A stretch of DNA of 64,000 nucleotides, from assembly GCA_038087875.1 (NCBI GenBank), contig CM075996.1, positions 4,590,001 to 4,654,000 of the forward strand. The letters run 5' to 3'. Positions 11,632 to 22,968 of this stretch are shown here, piece after piece. This stretch comes from Malacoraja senta (Eukaryota). Each line of letters begins with the position of its first letter. Within the stretch, counting starts at the first letter, position 1. Under the pieces are notes generated by a model. That model had not been told where the DNA came from, did no database searches, and saw nothing but the letters and a program-made list of their open reading frames with translations. A program made the translations under genes and the position numbers.

Positions 11632-13190
11632 AAGAGAAAGGGTCGCTTGGGATTATTCTTTGACCATAAGAATTTCTAAGTTAATAATAAATTCTACTTG
11701 AATAATCTTTACTTTCTCAGTTTTTAATTTTACGATAATAAACCTGCTTCAGTCGCAAATGTTCTTCCAACCTTGAGTGTTGGTGAATGGAACATGCTTT
11801 ATGTGGGTTCAGATCAGAAGCAGATATTGGGACGTTCTTTCTTTGCCAAAAAAAAGAGTAATACTTAACGTGAGGAATGCGAGGCATTCTATTTTTGAAA
11901 ACAATGACAGGATCGTACACTATGGGTGCTATCTGTGCGGTGTTGCTACGTTTTCCCTTTTCTCCCACATTCCAAAGACGTGCAGGTTTGTAGGTTAATT
12001 GGTAATTAATTGTTAATTACCCCTACTGTGTCTTGGTGCATAAAGTCATACATCACGGAAACAGTCCCTTCAGCCCAACCTGTCCCTGCTGCTGACCAAG
12101 ATGTTGTTCAGCCTCCATTCTTTCCTCTTGCATGTCCGGTTTTGTCCTACTTCTCATCCCTTGTCGCTGACGCCCTAAGATCTGGAATCCCTTCCCCTAA
12201 ATCTCTGCCCCTTAAAGGTTGCAGCTTTGGTCATATTTTATATTGCTATCAAATTTTGTCGCAATAAACATCTTAATTAATAAGATATGTTCAGGATTGT
12301 TTTTAATCCATTCAATTTCAAATATAGAAAAGAACGGGCAGTGACAGATTTAATTGCAGGGAATAATTCTGGGCAGGCAGAAGGAATAGCAGATTGTGAG
12401 AGGATTTTCAAAAATAAATCATAATTTAGTTAAGATACGTTAATGGATCCACAATCTTTAAAACACTCCAATTATCTTGACATCAGTAGTCTTTAAGGTT
12501 TAAGAACGTGAGATTTAGTCTATTCGGCCCCTAAAGCCTACCTCACCATTCAATATGATCATATCTGAACTGCCCCAGGTTATCAGTGGCAAGACAGCAG
12601 GAACCCCAGAATGCCTTATCCCTTACCCTTGCCAATCAATGACACTCCAATCCCCACCCCAGAACGATCCATTCAAAATCCATGGGATAAATACATTGAT
12701 TTCCACCAGTTTTTTTGACAATCTCCCGGTTGCCAAACATTTTAACTCCTCTTCCATTCCCACACTGACCTTTCTATCCTGGGCCTCCTCCCTTGTTAGA
12801 GCGAGGCCAAACGCAAGTTGGTTTGGTCATATTTTGCTTGGGCAGCTTACAACCCAGCAGTATGAATATTGATTTCTCTAACTTCAAGTAACCCTTGCAT
12901 TCCCTCTCTCATCCCGTCCCTCCCTCGCCCAAGTCGTGCTATTGGTTTCAATGTTGTCCTGCATAGTTTCACTGTTTGCATTCACCTTTGCTGGAGCCCA
13001 CAATGGTCCATTGTTGATGATAACGAGCGAATACAAACATTGCTGGCTTTGATTTCTCCCTTTGCATACCTTTTATCCATTTGCTCTTTGTACCTAATCA
13101 TACCTCTAGTTTCCCTCTCCCCTGACTCTCAGTGTGACGAAGGATCTCAACCCGAAATGTCACCTATTCCTCTGATCCGCTGAGTTACTC

Positions 13191-13500
13191 AGGGTGGAAG
13201 ATTGCAAATTTCACCTGTTTCGACTAATGCAATCAACTCGACGTGCACAAACGGAAGATCAAATAGAACAAGTTGTCCTACAACTTTAGGCTGTGCGTGC
13301 CACATGAAATATTGCTATATTTAAGAGGGAGTTAGATGTGGCCCTTGTGGCTAAAGGGATCAGGGGATATGGAGAGAAGGCAGGTACAGGATACTGAGTT
13401 GGATGATCAGCCATGATCATATTGAATGGCGGTGCAGGCTCGAAGGGCCGAATGGCCTACTACTCCACCTATTTTCTATGTTTCTATGAAAGAAGAAGAA
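13191..13500 (+). mobile_element. (GAA)n-tailed retroposon containing a nested CR1 3' end, itself inserted in a Penelope-derived repeat
   Basis: Flanked by duplicated GCTGAGTTACTC (13179-13190, 13501-13512); CR1 tail at ~13310-13488. Confidence 0.7.
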
Positions 13501-13745
13501 GCTGAGTTACTCCAACATCCTGTGCCCATCTTCGGTGGAGAGCCAGCATCTGCAGTTCCTTCCCGCACCCACATTCACCAGCAAGCCGGGTGGGGTGGGG
13601 TGGGGGGGGGGGAAGTGGAACGTTTGTGCGGGGAGCGGGGGGTCAGCTGCCAGGCCCCGGGAGCTTCTGACTGTTGCACATAGCAACGTGCGGCACGGCC
13701 GCCGGGGGAAAAGAAGGTCAGCAGCACAACGCAGCGAGGCGGGCG

Positions 13746-13819
13746 ATGGCGCGGAGGAATGGCGGCGGCGGTCGGCGCCGGGAGCGCTGCGTGCTGACCT
13801 TCAATGAGGAGGATAGGAG
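13746..13819 (+). CDS. NOL12: Nucleolar protein 12 exon 1
   Basis: CpG-rich context; MARRNGGGGRRRERCVLTFNEEDR, donor AG|gtgagg; resembles LVLSFDEEKRR of NOL12. Confidence 0.85.
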
Positions 13820-14907
13820 GTGAGGGAGGAGGGAGGATGGCTGTGGTCTAGTCCGGCGGCTCCTGGGTGGAAGGCGAGCCCGGGGCGTGAGGCAGAACCG
13901 ACCGAGATGCCCCGGTTCACAGCCGAGGCCTTCGCCCTGTGATTCAAGGGCCCGCCGAGCCCAGTCAGTGGATGTGAAGATACAAAACTCAAGATACACT
14001 AAAACAACATTTAACTACAGACTAAGAAACAACAAAGAGAGAAAGGGACGAGGCACTGTTGGCGAGGCCGCGCCACCCGGTGCAATCTTTCCTATCCATC
14101 ATGTACCTGTCAAGGGAGTTTCCTCATCCTGACCATCCTCAGCTGTCTCATGCTGGTCTTGCTTCATGGGCCACTTGTTGAAGAGCTGCTAATTGTTTAG
14201 GAAACATCTCTGACCTGATGATGGATGGAACATTTTTTTGATCATTTGATTTGGACTTCGCACTTGTGGATGAATGGACTCTTGTCTTCCCCCTCTCCAC
14301 ATTCCTCCTGTTCATCACTCGACGCTCTCCTGTGATAATTTCACAGATGAGCATAACTCCTATCTTTGTTTCCTCGGCAGTCTGGTCCCAAAACCATCTT
14401 TCAAATGTCTACGTTTCTACGTTCTACCAATGGAATGAGGCCATGGAGAAAAGACCTTTGTGGCAGCCCTTCCATGGCTGGTCAGTACTGGAATGTCCAA
14501 ACCCAAAGCCCTTGCAGAAAGAGCTGCTTCCTCACAGTGCCAGAGGCCCGAGTTCAATCCTGACCTTGGGTGCTGTCTGTGTGGAGTTTACCCGTTCTCC
14601 CTGGGACAGCGTGGGTTTCTTCCGGTGCTCCGGTTTTCACCCACATCTTAAAGACATGCAGGTTTGTGGGTTAATTGGTCTCTAAATTGCCCCAATGTGC
14701 AGGAATGGGTGTGAAACTAGAATAACATGAACAGGTCGGTGATAGACGGTGTGTGGATTCTGTTGCCGAAGGGCATGTTCCATTCTGTATCTACAAACTA
14801 AACTAAACAAAAACGGGCGCTACACACTGCTTATTTTACACATTTGTAAATTAGTTTCAATTTTTAGACCCTTGTTTTTTATCATTCTTTTCTATTTTGT
14901 TTCGCAG

Positions 14908-15014
14908 GGAGTTTTCTGACTGGCTTTCACAAGCGGAAGGTGGAGAGAAGAAAGAAGGCTTTGGAAGAAATTAAAACAAAACTGAAGGAGGAACAAAAAC
15001 GTGTGAAGGAGGAG
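14908..15014 (+). CDS. NOL12: NOL12 exon 2 (apparent +1 T at 14912-14915)
   Basis: [33 protein letters not shown]; cag| acceptor, |gtgaga donor. Confidence 0.92.
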
Positions 15015-15822
15015 GTGAGAGACACTAATTAGCAGTGGTAGACAAAATGCTGGCAGCATCTATGGAGATAATAGACAATAGGTGCAGGAGTAGGCACAGT
15101 GATCATGGCTGATCATCCCCAATCAGTACCCCGTTCTGCCTTCTCCCATATCCCCTGACTCCGCTATCATTAAGGGTCTCACCTCGACAATTCCTTCTCT
15201 CCATAGATGCTGCCTCACCCGCTGAGTTTCTCCAGCATTTTGTGTCTACCTTCGATTTTACCAGCATCTGCAATTCTTTCTTAAACATTGATTAGCACTG
15301 GGCAGGCACAAGTACTCAAGAACAGAGATGTTGAACAATTTGGTTTAACGTTCCCCTTCGATGCATTCTATTGAATCCTGTGGCCAAAGTGTAATAATAT
15401 CAAAACTTTGGAGTCAAGTAGTATTGTTTTAATGCTGAACCTGCAATGCTTAACTAAAATCTGACACCGATTCATACAAATAAACATCCTATTTCCAGGG
15501 TTTACTGCATGACCCAAATCCACCAAGTTGTTAAAGAAGAATATCCAGAGTTTGGCCTTAGGAGGCTGAATGCATGGCAGCCACTGATGATGAACGTAGA
15601 AAAATAGGAGCAAGAGTAGGCCATTCGGCCCTTCAAGCCAGCACCGCCATTCAATATGATCATGGCTGATCATCTAAAATCAGTACCCCGTTCCTGCTCT
15701 TTCCCCATATCCCTTGATTCCTTCAGCGCTAACAGTTAAATCTAATTCTCTCTTGAAGCAGCAAAGGTTGGGGATTCACGAAACTATGCTGCAGTATTTC
15801 CTAATCATTTTTTGATTTGCAG

Positions 15823-15870
15823 AGACGCAAAGAATATGTGAAGATGTTCAAAGAAAGGCAAGAAGCATGG
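15823..15870 (+). CDS. NOL12: NOL12 exon 3 (apparently 1 nt short)
   Basis: RRKEYVKMFKERQEA; gcag| and |gtaatt. Confidence 0.88.
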
Positions 15871-16647
15871 GTAATTTGCATCTTTTAATCAAACTAGCTG
15901 CAGATTTGATTTATTCTTGAACTGGACAGCCAGTTTTATTTTGTCTTGGATAGACACAGAAAGCTGAGTATTTCAGTGGGTCAGGCAGTATCTCTGGAGA
16001 AAAGGAATAGATGACGTTTTGGGTCGAGACCCTCCTTCAGACTGGTCTACCTTAGAGTATTAGTTACACAAACCAAAATGGGCCTTTCAGACCCAAAACG
16101 TCGCTATTCCTTTTCTCTGGAGATGTTGCCTGACACACTGAGTTACTCCATCTTTTGTGTCTATCTTCAGTGTAAACCAGCATCTGCAGTTCCTTCCTGC
16201 GCATTTATTCTGCCTTATTTTGCTCCTATGTAAAGCTTGGGATATTTTATCAGGTTTAAGACACTATATAAATCTAAATGCAGATTTTGGATATTAATGT
16301 CCTAAACATGCTGATTCTAATTACGTGCTCTCCATTCATCCATTCCAGACGTACAGTGCTTCAAATTGATGACATTGTTTCATAGATACATAGATAACAG
16401 GTGCAGGAGTAGGCCATTCGACCCTTCGAGCCAGCACCGCCATTCAATGTGATCATGGCTGATCATCCACAATCAGTACCCCGTTCCTGCCTTCTCCCCA
16501 TACCCTTGATTCCGCTAGCCCTAAGAGCTCACTCTAACTATCTTTTGAATGCATCCGCTGATTCGTCCTCCACTGCCTCTGAGCAGAAAATTCCACAAAT
16601 CACAACTCTCTGGGTGAAAATGTTTTTCCTCATGTTGTTTTCTGCAG

Positions 16648-16790
16648 AGGAAGCTGACGAGTTGGATCGACTGACAACGTCCAAGAGAGAGTGCGTTCAG
16701 TACGACCATCCAAACCACACAGTCACCGTGACAACAATCAGCAGCATAGATCTGGGCCGCACCAACCTGTTCTTCGATGGTGCCAAACAG
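16648..16790 (+). CDS. NOL12: NOL12 exon 4
   Basis: [31 protein letters not shown] signature; canonical splice sites. Confidence 0.95.
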
Positions 16791-18127
16791 GTGACTAAAT
16801 AGTTGAAACTGATGGCTAGCAAAGGCAAGATAATATTGCCCTACATGGCAACAATAGTTTAGAAAACATATTGAGTACTTTGGCAAAAATGGATAATTCG
16901 TCACTTTGTCATCATGCATTTGCCCCCTTCGTGATGTCGGTCTTAATGAAGGGTGCTCATCTGACACTGTCCAGAGACTGGAATTATTCCTTGCTGGTGT
17001 TACTCTTCATTCCCCTGGTCCACTGGTAGAGTTGTGATCTTGCTCTGGTCCATTGCATCAGTTTTAGAGGATGGATAATTTCCTTCCATATACCAAAGAC
17101 TTGTGGGTTGGTAGGTTAATAGACCTCTGTAAATTCCCCTTAGTGTGTAAGTGGTAAAATCTGGAGATACTGGGTAGGAATGTGAAGGTTTAAAATGGGA
17201 TAAGTCGAAGTAGATGCTTGATCTTCAGTGCTGACCTGCTGGGCCTAAAGGACCATTTTCTGTGCTATATAACTCTATTAAGAACTGTTAAATCTAATGT
17301 ATGTAAAGTAAATGTGGAGGCTCGGGTTGTGGACAGAGAATGTCTGTTTATTCACATCTGCCAGGAAGAACTTTGATTTTAGATATTGTGTGTGCATAGG
17401 CTTTAACACATCTCACGTAGTAAAATGGCCCAGGGCACTTTCCAGAGGTGACATCAAATAAAATTTGAAATTGGGAGGTGTGAGGATGAATGACTCCAAG
17501 TTTAGTGGAAGAAGTTGGTTTAAAAAAATAGAGTGAAATAGAGCTTCAGTGAGGAAATGGATGTCTGGGTGGACGAGTGGGTCTAAGGCGCCAGACTCAA
17601 GGAGTCCTTCCGTTGGAGCACGGGTGTTCTTTGATTAGTACGGGGGCCAAGGGTTATGGGGAGAAGGCAGGAGAATGGGGTTAGGAGGGAGAGATAGATC
17701 AGCCATGCTTGAAAGACAGATGGGCTGAATGGCCTAATTCTGCTCCTATCATTTGCTCCTATTATGACCGTATGAAATTATAGAGCATTGAGATCTACTT
17801 CTCCAACTTGTAAGATGCTCAATTTTTTTTGGTAGTAGCTGCTTTTGTAGATTGGTATCAAATTTTGATAACTTGCTATGTGCCTGAGTTCTATATTATT
17901 CCAGAGTTGTTATAAGAAGTTGTTTTTTTATGCTCTGCATGCTATAATCTGCTTCAAATTTTGTGTGGAAATTAACTCGGTCTGAGCAGCTACTTCATTC
18001 TACGAGCTGAGAACTGAAGAGTTTACAGTGCCAGAGGTTCTGATTTGCACTCGGTTGCAATGGACCCTGCACACTGGGGCTGATGTCATTGTGCTTGTGT
18101 GAAAGTGGATTTATTTTCTCATTTTAG

Positions 18128-18242
18128 GAGTCGGCAGAAGTTAAGGAAGAGCAGCAGCAGAGAATGGTGAGGAAGAGGAAATGCCTGTGAAAAGTGACAA
18201 CCCATTACCGAGGAAAAGAACTGAACCCATTATGTCTGCAAA
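18128..18242 (+). CDS. NOL12: NOL12 exon 5 (apparent -1 near 18149)
   Basis: Acidic segment then LPRKRTEPIMSAK (cf. LPRKSRDPLLSQR); ttag| and |gtaagt. Confidence 0.85.
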
Positions 18243-18368
18243 GTAAGTGGAATATTAGGGGATGTTATCGGTTTGGAAACTTTTACAAGATTCAGCGGTC
18301 AGGTGCATCTGGACTGAATCTGTGATGTCTTTTAAATGGAGGATCCGTTGATAGTCCACCATCTAGGG

Positions 18369-18787
18369 CAGGGGTGGGGAACCTTTTCATGTTGGAATGC
18401 CGCATTAAGTTAGCTGTAATCTAATAAGGCCGCATCCAAGAAACTTGAATTAGATATACTTCACGACATTTATCTTGAAGGTTGTTGAAAAAATCTATTC
18501 CTCGTGTTCTACCGTAAGAGTGCCCAAAGCGAGTAACTCTTCGTGGCAATAAATTAGCCCTCATGACTTACTAATGTTTTAATTGTGGCCGTCAGTCGGG
18601 AGGATTATTTTGTTGAATCTTCTTTTACTCTTTGGTATTTTAAATAGTTCATTTTAAGATTAAAATAAAAATAATAAAAGACGAACAAAAACATATTAAT
18701 AAAAATAAAAGGATTTGTTCTACAAAATTTGGATTCATTCAAAAGGCCGCACTTAATGGCTCGAAGGCTGCAGGTTCCCCACCCCTG
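18369..18787. mobile_element. hAT (Charlie/Buster-like) MITE
   Basis: TIR CAGGGGTGGGGAACCT at both ends; perfect 8-bp TSD ATCTAGGG. Confidence 0.92.
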
Positions 18788-19326
18788 ATCTAGGGGGATA
18801 TCACAGAGTTGGTCTTTTCATGCCTTGTAATGTCATGGGTCAAAATGCCCAGCAAGTCTGTCAAGCCACCAGCACTGTTTGACAGGCTAGGCCTCTGGCA
18901 AACCCCCATCACTCATCCATGCATGGGATATCAATATCATATCGATGTATAATACCACACATATCAATGCCGGGGACAGGCTGTGGCGTGCACTGTGGGT
19001 TCCTCTCTGGTGAATGACAGGGAAATGCTTGGGAAATGGTTTATTACGGTTCCTTTTGGGATACAGAGCACCTCGTTCCCCTCATCACACAGCTGAGAGA
19101 CATCACGTCAATCGCACGGGGGGGAAAGTATAGCTTAGGGTTAACGCAGGTTGTAAGTTTTGTTTTTTATATGGATGCAAATATATACAATGCATCACTA
19201 TCCACCCTTCATCATAAGATCGAGGCTTGCACTGTTTTCCGTCTCGGGCTCCTCTTCTGAGTTGACATTGGGTCGGAGGCCTCTTGCATCTGTGGCCTGG
19301 GGGGTTGTTCTTAACACACAATGAAG

Positions 19327-19712
19327 CAAGATCCTATAGCGAGCAAGATAGACCACTCGACGAAAAAGACGTAGTACAGCCATGGGCAGATTCATGGGTA
19401 ATTCTCGGCCCCATTTCCGTAACCGGATTCCGTCTCCGCACCAAAGATCCCAAAGATACTAGTGCGGGGACAGAAGCCGGTTATGGAAACATCCTCGTAA
19501 AAATCAAAGTTCTTTGGTAAAAATCTTCTCATTTTCAGAATTATAATTTATTAACACAAACTGTCCCCACTGCGAGAGGGATACCCAAAGTCGGGTCGGG
19601 TTACTGAAATGGATTTTATTTTAAAGGCCCACGTTTCCGTTCCGTTGCATACTACACGTCAGCCCATTGCATTTAGCAGGAGTGGTCAATCTTGCTCTGC
19701 TATAGGATCTTG
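19327..19712. mobile_element. P-element-like MITE (386 bp)
   Basis: ~24-bp TIR CAAGATCCTATAGC(A)GAGCAAGAT; perfect 8-bp TSD CAATGAAG; internal inverted repeat ~19414-19489. Superfamily inferred from termini and TSD length. Confidence 0.75.
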
Positions 19713-19856
19713 CAATGAAGGGTCTTATTTCCTGGCCAGCAGTTCCATCCACAGATGCTGCTTGACCCGCTGAGTTTCTCCCACAGTTTGTGTTTCCTAT
19801 TTTATAACACAATGTTCCGGACTTTGAAACAATTGCCACTCTTTTTGTTTCGCTAG

Positions 19857-20001
19857 GATTTCTTCACTGACATCTGCGCTGCACTCGGCCAGTAAGACAA
19901 AACAAAAAGGAAAGAAGCGGAAGATCAAACCCCTCCCCAAAGGCAAAACGACAAAATCACAGAGGAGAAAACGGACAGGAAAGCCAGGGTGTGAGATATG
20001 A
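19857..20001 (+). CDS. NOL12: NOL12 exon 6 (terminal)
   Basis: ISSLTSALHSASK...TKSQRRKRTGKPGCEI*; ctag| acceptor. Confidence 0.92.
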
Positions 20002-22569
20002 ATCTCAGAACACTTTCTCTTGGGCTTTTCTACGTTCCAAGTTGCAAGATGGCTTAGCAACATCGATGCTTAAACTGAGCAATCAAATCCCAGGACATAC
20101 AAATGGAGGCAGTTTGGCCAGGAAAAAGTCGACCATAGTTTGCTAGACTTGGATGTTGTCAGATCAATCCTATGTAAGGACCAGTCAAAGTGTAGAAATA
20201 AGGAATTGCAGGTGCTGGTTTACAAAAAGAGGGCACAATGTGCTGGTGAAAAATCCCAACCAGAAACGTCACCTCTCCATGTTCTCCTGAGATGCGATCT
20301 GACCCGCTGATCTCCAGCACTCTGTATTTTCTTACACATGTATATCTGTTTTGGAACTGTTTGTTTGTAGGACCGGACTGTTCTTCATCTACAAATTCTT
20401 TAATATTCTTTTGTTATGATATTTGTGTAATCTACTAATGTGGCTTGGGTACATCTTACAGTAGACACAAGGAAACGCATATGTTGTTTACAAAAAACAC
20501 AAATTGCTGGACTTGAGTCCGAAGGAGGGGCCGACCCGAAACATCAGCTATCCATGTCCTGCAGAGCTGCTGCCTGTCCCGCTGAGTTACTCTTGCACTT
20601 TGTGTGTGTTTTTTTTAACATCTCAGAGGACTTGGACACCTCTTTGTCACTTGCTTAAAGTCTAAAGTCAGTGTGGAAAGGCCATTAAGTCCCTGCCTGC
20701 ACTGCTCAGAATTAGGAGTGTTCTGAGATGGATCTTATCATCCGGTGCAGGTAGTGAAATGGGTCCCATTAATAACTTTCTATCCTTTTTTACATTGTAT
20801 GTACATTTAGCTCACATTTAAAGATGCCCAATTAAACCTGAGAACCAATTACTGTGTTGGGTCGGTGGGGGGGATGGATTCTGATTTTTTAAGGCACCGC
20901 CTTAAGAATTTAGAGTTTCGTTGTTGACCTGCTGCGGAATGTGCAGGTTACTATGTTTGACCTGATCTGAATCATCCATTTTTTTTCAAATTAAATTCTG
21001 TTCTTACATTTTGTAAACATGTTTATTGGCTTGTCAGAAACGAAGTAAGATTTTTCTGTGACTTGACTCCGTGAGCTTTATATCTTCAGATGTGCACTGT
21101 GTCTCCTGTGACTTTATGCATTGGTGTTGCCGGTGTCAGTTGGGATATCCTTGAAGCTGAACAGCTGTGAGGCGTCAACTCCCTTCAGCTGCCTCCTGCA
21201 TTCCGCCTCCAATAGTTGTTCTGTTGTTCAACTGAACTTGATCTTTCCGCGACTATTTCAACAATGCGAGTTGCAGCGTCAAACAAACCTATGGATTACA
21301 TTCAACATGGAATCAGCTGCAGTAGTTGCCAGCAGTTGTGTTCGCAGGACAAAAATATGTGGAATTATCTTCCAGAAGGTGGAGTTTTGAAAGTGATAGG
21401 GGTGGATATTCCTTTCACTTCATACAGTGCTGCACCAGGACTTGCTTTGATTGCTACTGAATTCTAAGAAAAACTACACACCATGCTGTGTGAAATTGTC
21501 CAAAATATCCCTGCCAGTGTGGCACTGAATCATTAAGTCCCTACAATTTTCTTTCGACGGTGGGAATTTTCCTCGCCAAAAAGAAATGTAGTTCTTGAAT
21601 TATTAACGTCAGTCCTGATGGTCTCGGCCAAGTACATACCTGAAGAGCTTTTTGTTTGCAAGAATCAGTATGTGGTGATTGTGTTGAACCTTGAAATATC
21701 CAAAACACTTTGCTGCCAATTCAGAATTTTTGAAATGTGTCCACCATTGTCATGGAATAGTGTAGAAGTCAAAGTGGTAGGGTTCCACAAGAAAAAAAGC
21801 ATGAAGTAGCAAACTGATAATTTTCTCTTTTATCAAAAAGTGATGCAAGCCTAAACATTGGCCCGGAATTCAGGGGGACCTTCCTGCCCTTTAAATAGTA
21901 CCTTGGGATCACCTGAGTTCGCCGAGAAGGCAAGGAGTTAGTTTGGCATCCAACACAGAAAATAGCCCCTCGAACAGTGCAGTTACACTGTAGTTAATTA
22001 CTGCAGCGGTCAGTCAGGAATGTGCTTCCGAGCCTCCAGTGTTCAAAGGATAATTGATAATGGAAACACAATCACCACATACTGAAGAAGGGTAAATGAA
22101 GATTAGGGGACGGAGGTGGTCTCTACGGTAAAACCAGAGGGGGGGGGGGGGCTATTGTGATAATACTTCCCTCCCCTCCCTTCCTGCAGCTTCTTGAGCT
22201 TTTCTCTCCCACTTCTGACGAAGGTTCTTCACTTGAAACATTAAGTCCGTTTCTCTTCCCACAGACCTGCTGAGTATTTCACGCATCTTCTGTTTTAACT
22301 TGCCATTTGATTGAGTTGAAAGATGTGCTTTCTGATTACTGATACATTTTCTAACATTGCTGCATAGGGTTGTTGCAGTCCAGGACAACTAATGCGCGGT
22401 ATGTTTTGAAAATTGGCGGCAATCCACAATATCTGGGTCCGTGAAGCTACGGAATGGCTTTTTGGACTTCCGATTGTAGTTGCCGCATGCACGCACAACC
22501 TTGGGCCTGCATGGGGGCCAGTTGGCACGAAGAATCATTGTCAGCTCCCTGGAAAATATCCAGGTATGG

Positions 22570-22968
22570 CAACATGGTGGCGCAGTTGGTAGAGCTGCTG
22601 CCTGAGACCAGAGTTCGATTCTGAGCCCAGGTGCTGTCTGTGTGGAGTTTGCACGTTCTCCTCGTGACCGCATGGGTATCCTCCCACATCCCAAAGAAGT
22701 GCGGGTTTGTAGGTTAATGAATGAATTAATACGTTTATTGGCCAAGAATTCACATACAAGGAATTTGCCTTGGTGCTCTACCCGCAAGTGACAACATGAC
22801 ATACAGTGACAGTTAGGAATGACACATAATACATTATCGATTAACGGGGCTCTGTAGGAAGTGGATGAGAAAATGGGATAATATGGCACCAATGTGAATG
22901 GGTGATCAATGTTCAGCTTGGACTAGGTGGGCCGAAGGGTCTATTTTTAATGTATAAACTAAACAAAA
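22570..22968 (+). mobile_element. tRNA-derived V-SINE (HE1-like), interrupted by a LINE tail; related copies near 14510-14810, 26277-26555, 35437-35757, 38940-39400, 48710-49020
   Basis: A-box GGTGGCGCAGTTGG, B-box-like GAGTTCGATTC, core TGTCTGTGTGGAGTTTGCACGTTCTC, TAAAC-type tail. Boundaries approximate. Confidence 0.75.

Noticed and set aside
14908..15870. Compensating +1/-1 frameshifts in NOL12
   Set aside because: The shifted frame hits TAA inside exon 2, and a third indel exists in exon 5.
22570..22640. tRNA gene
   Set aside because: A/B boxes run into a SINE body; no complete cloverleaf.
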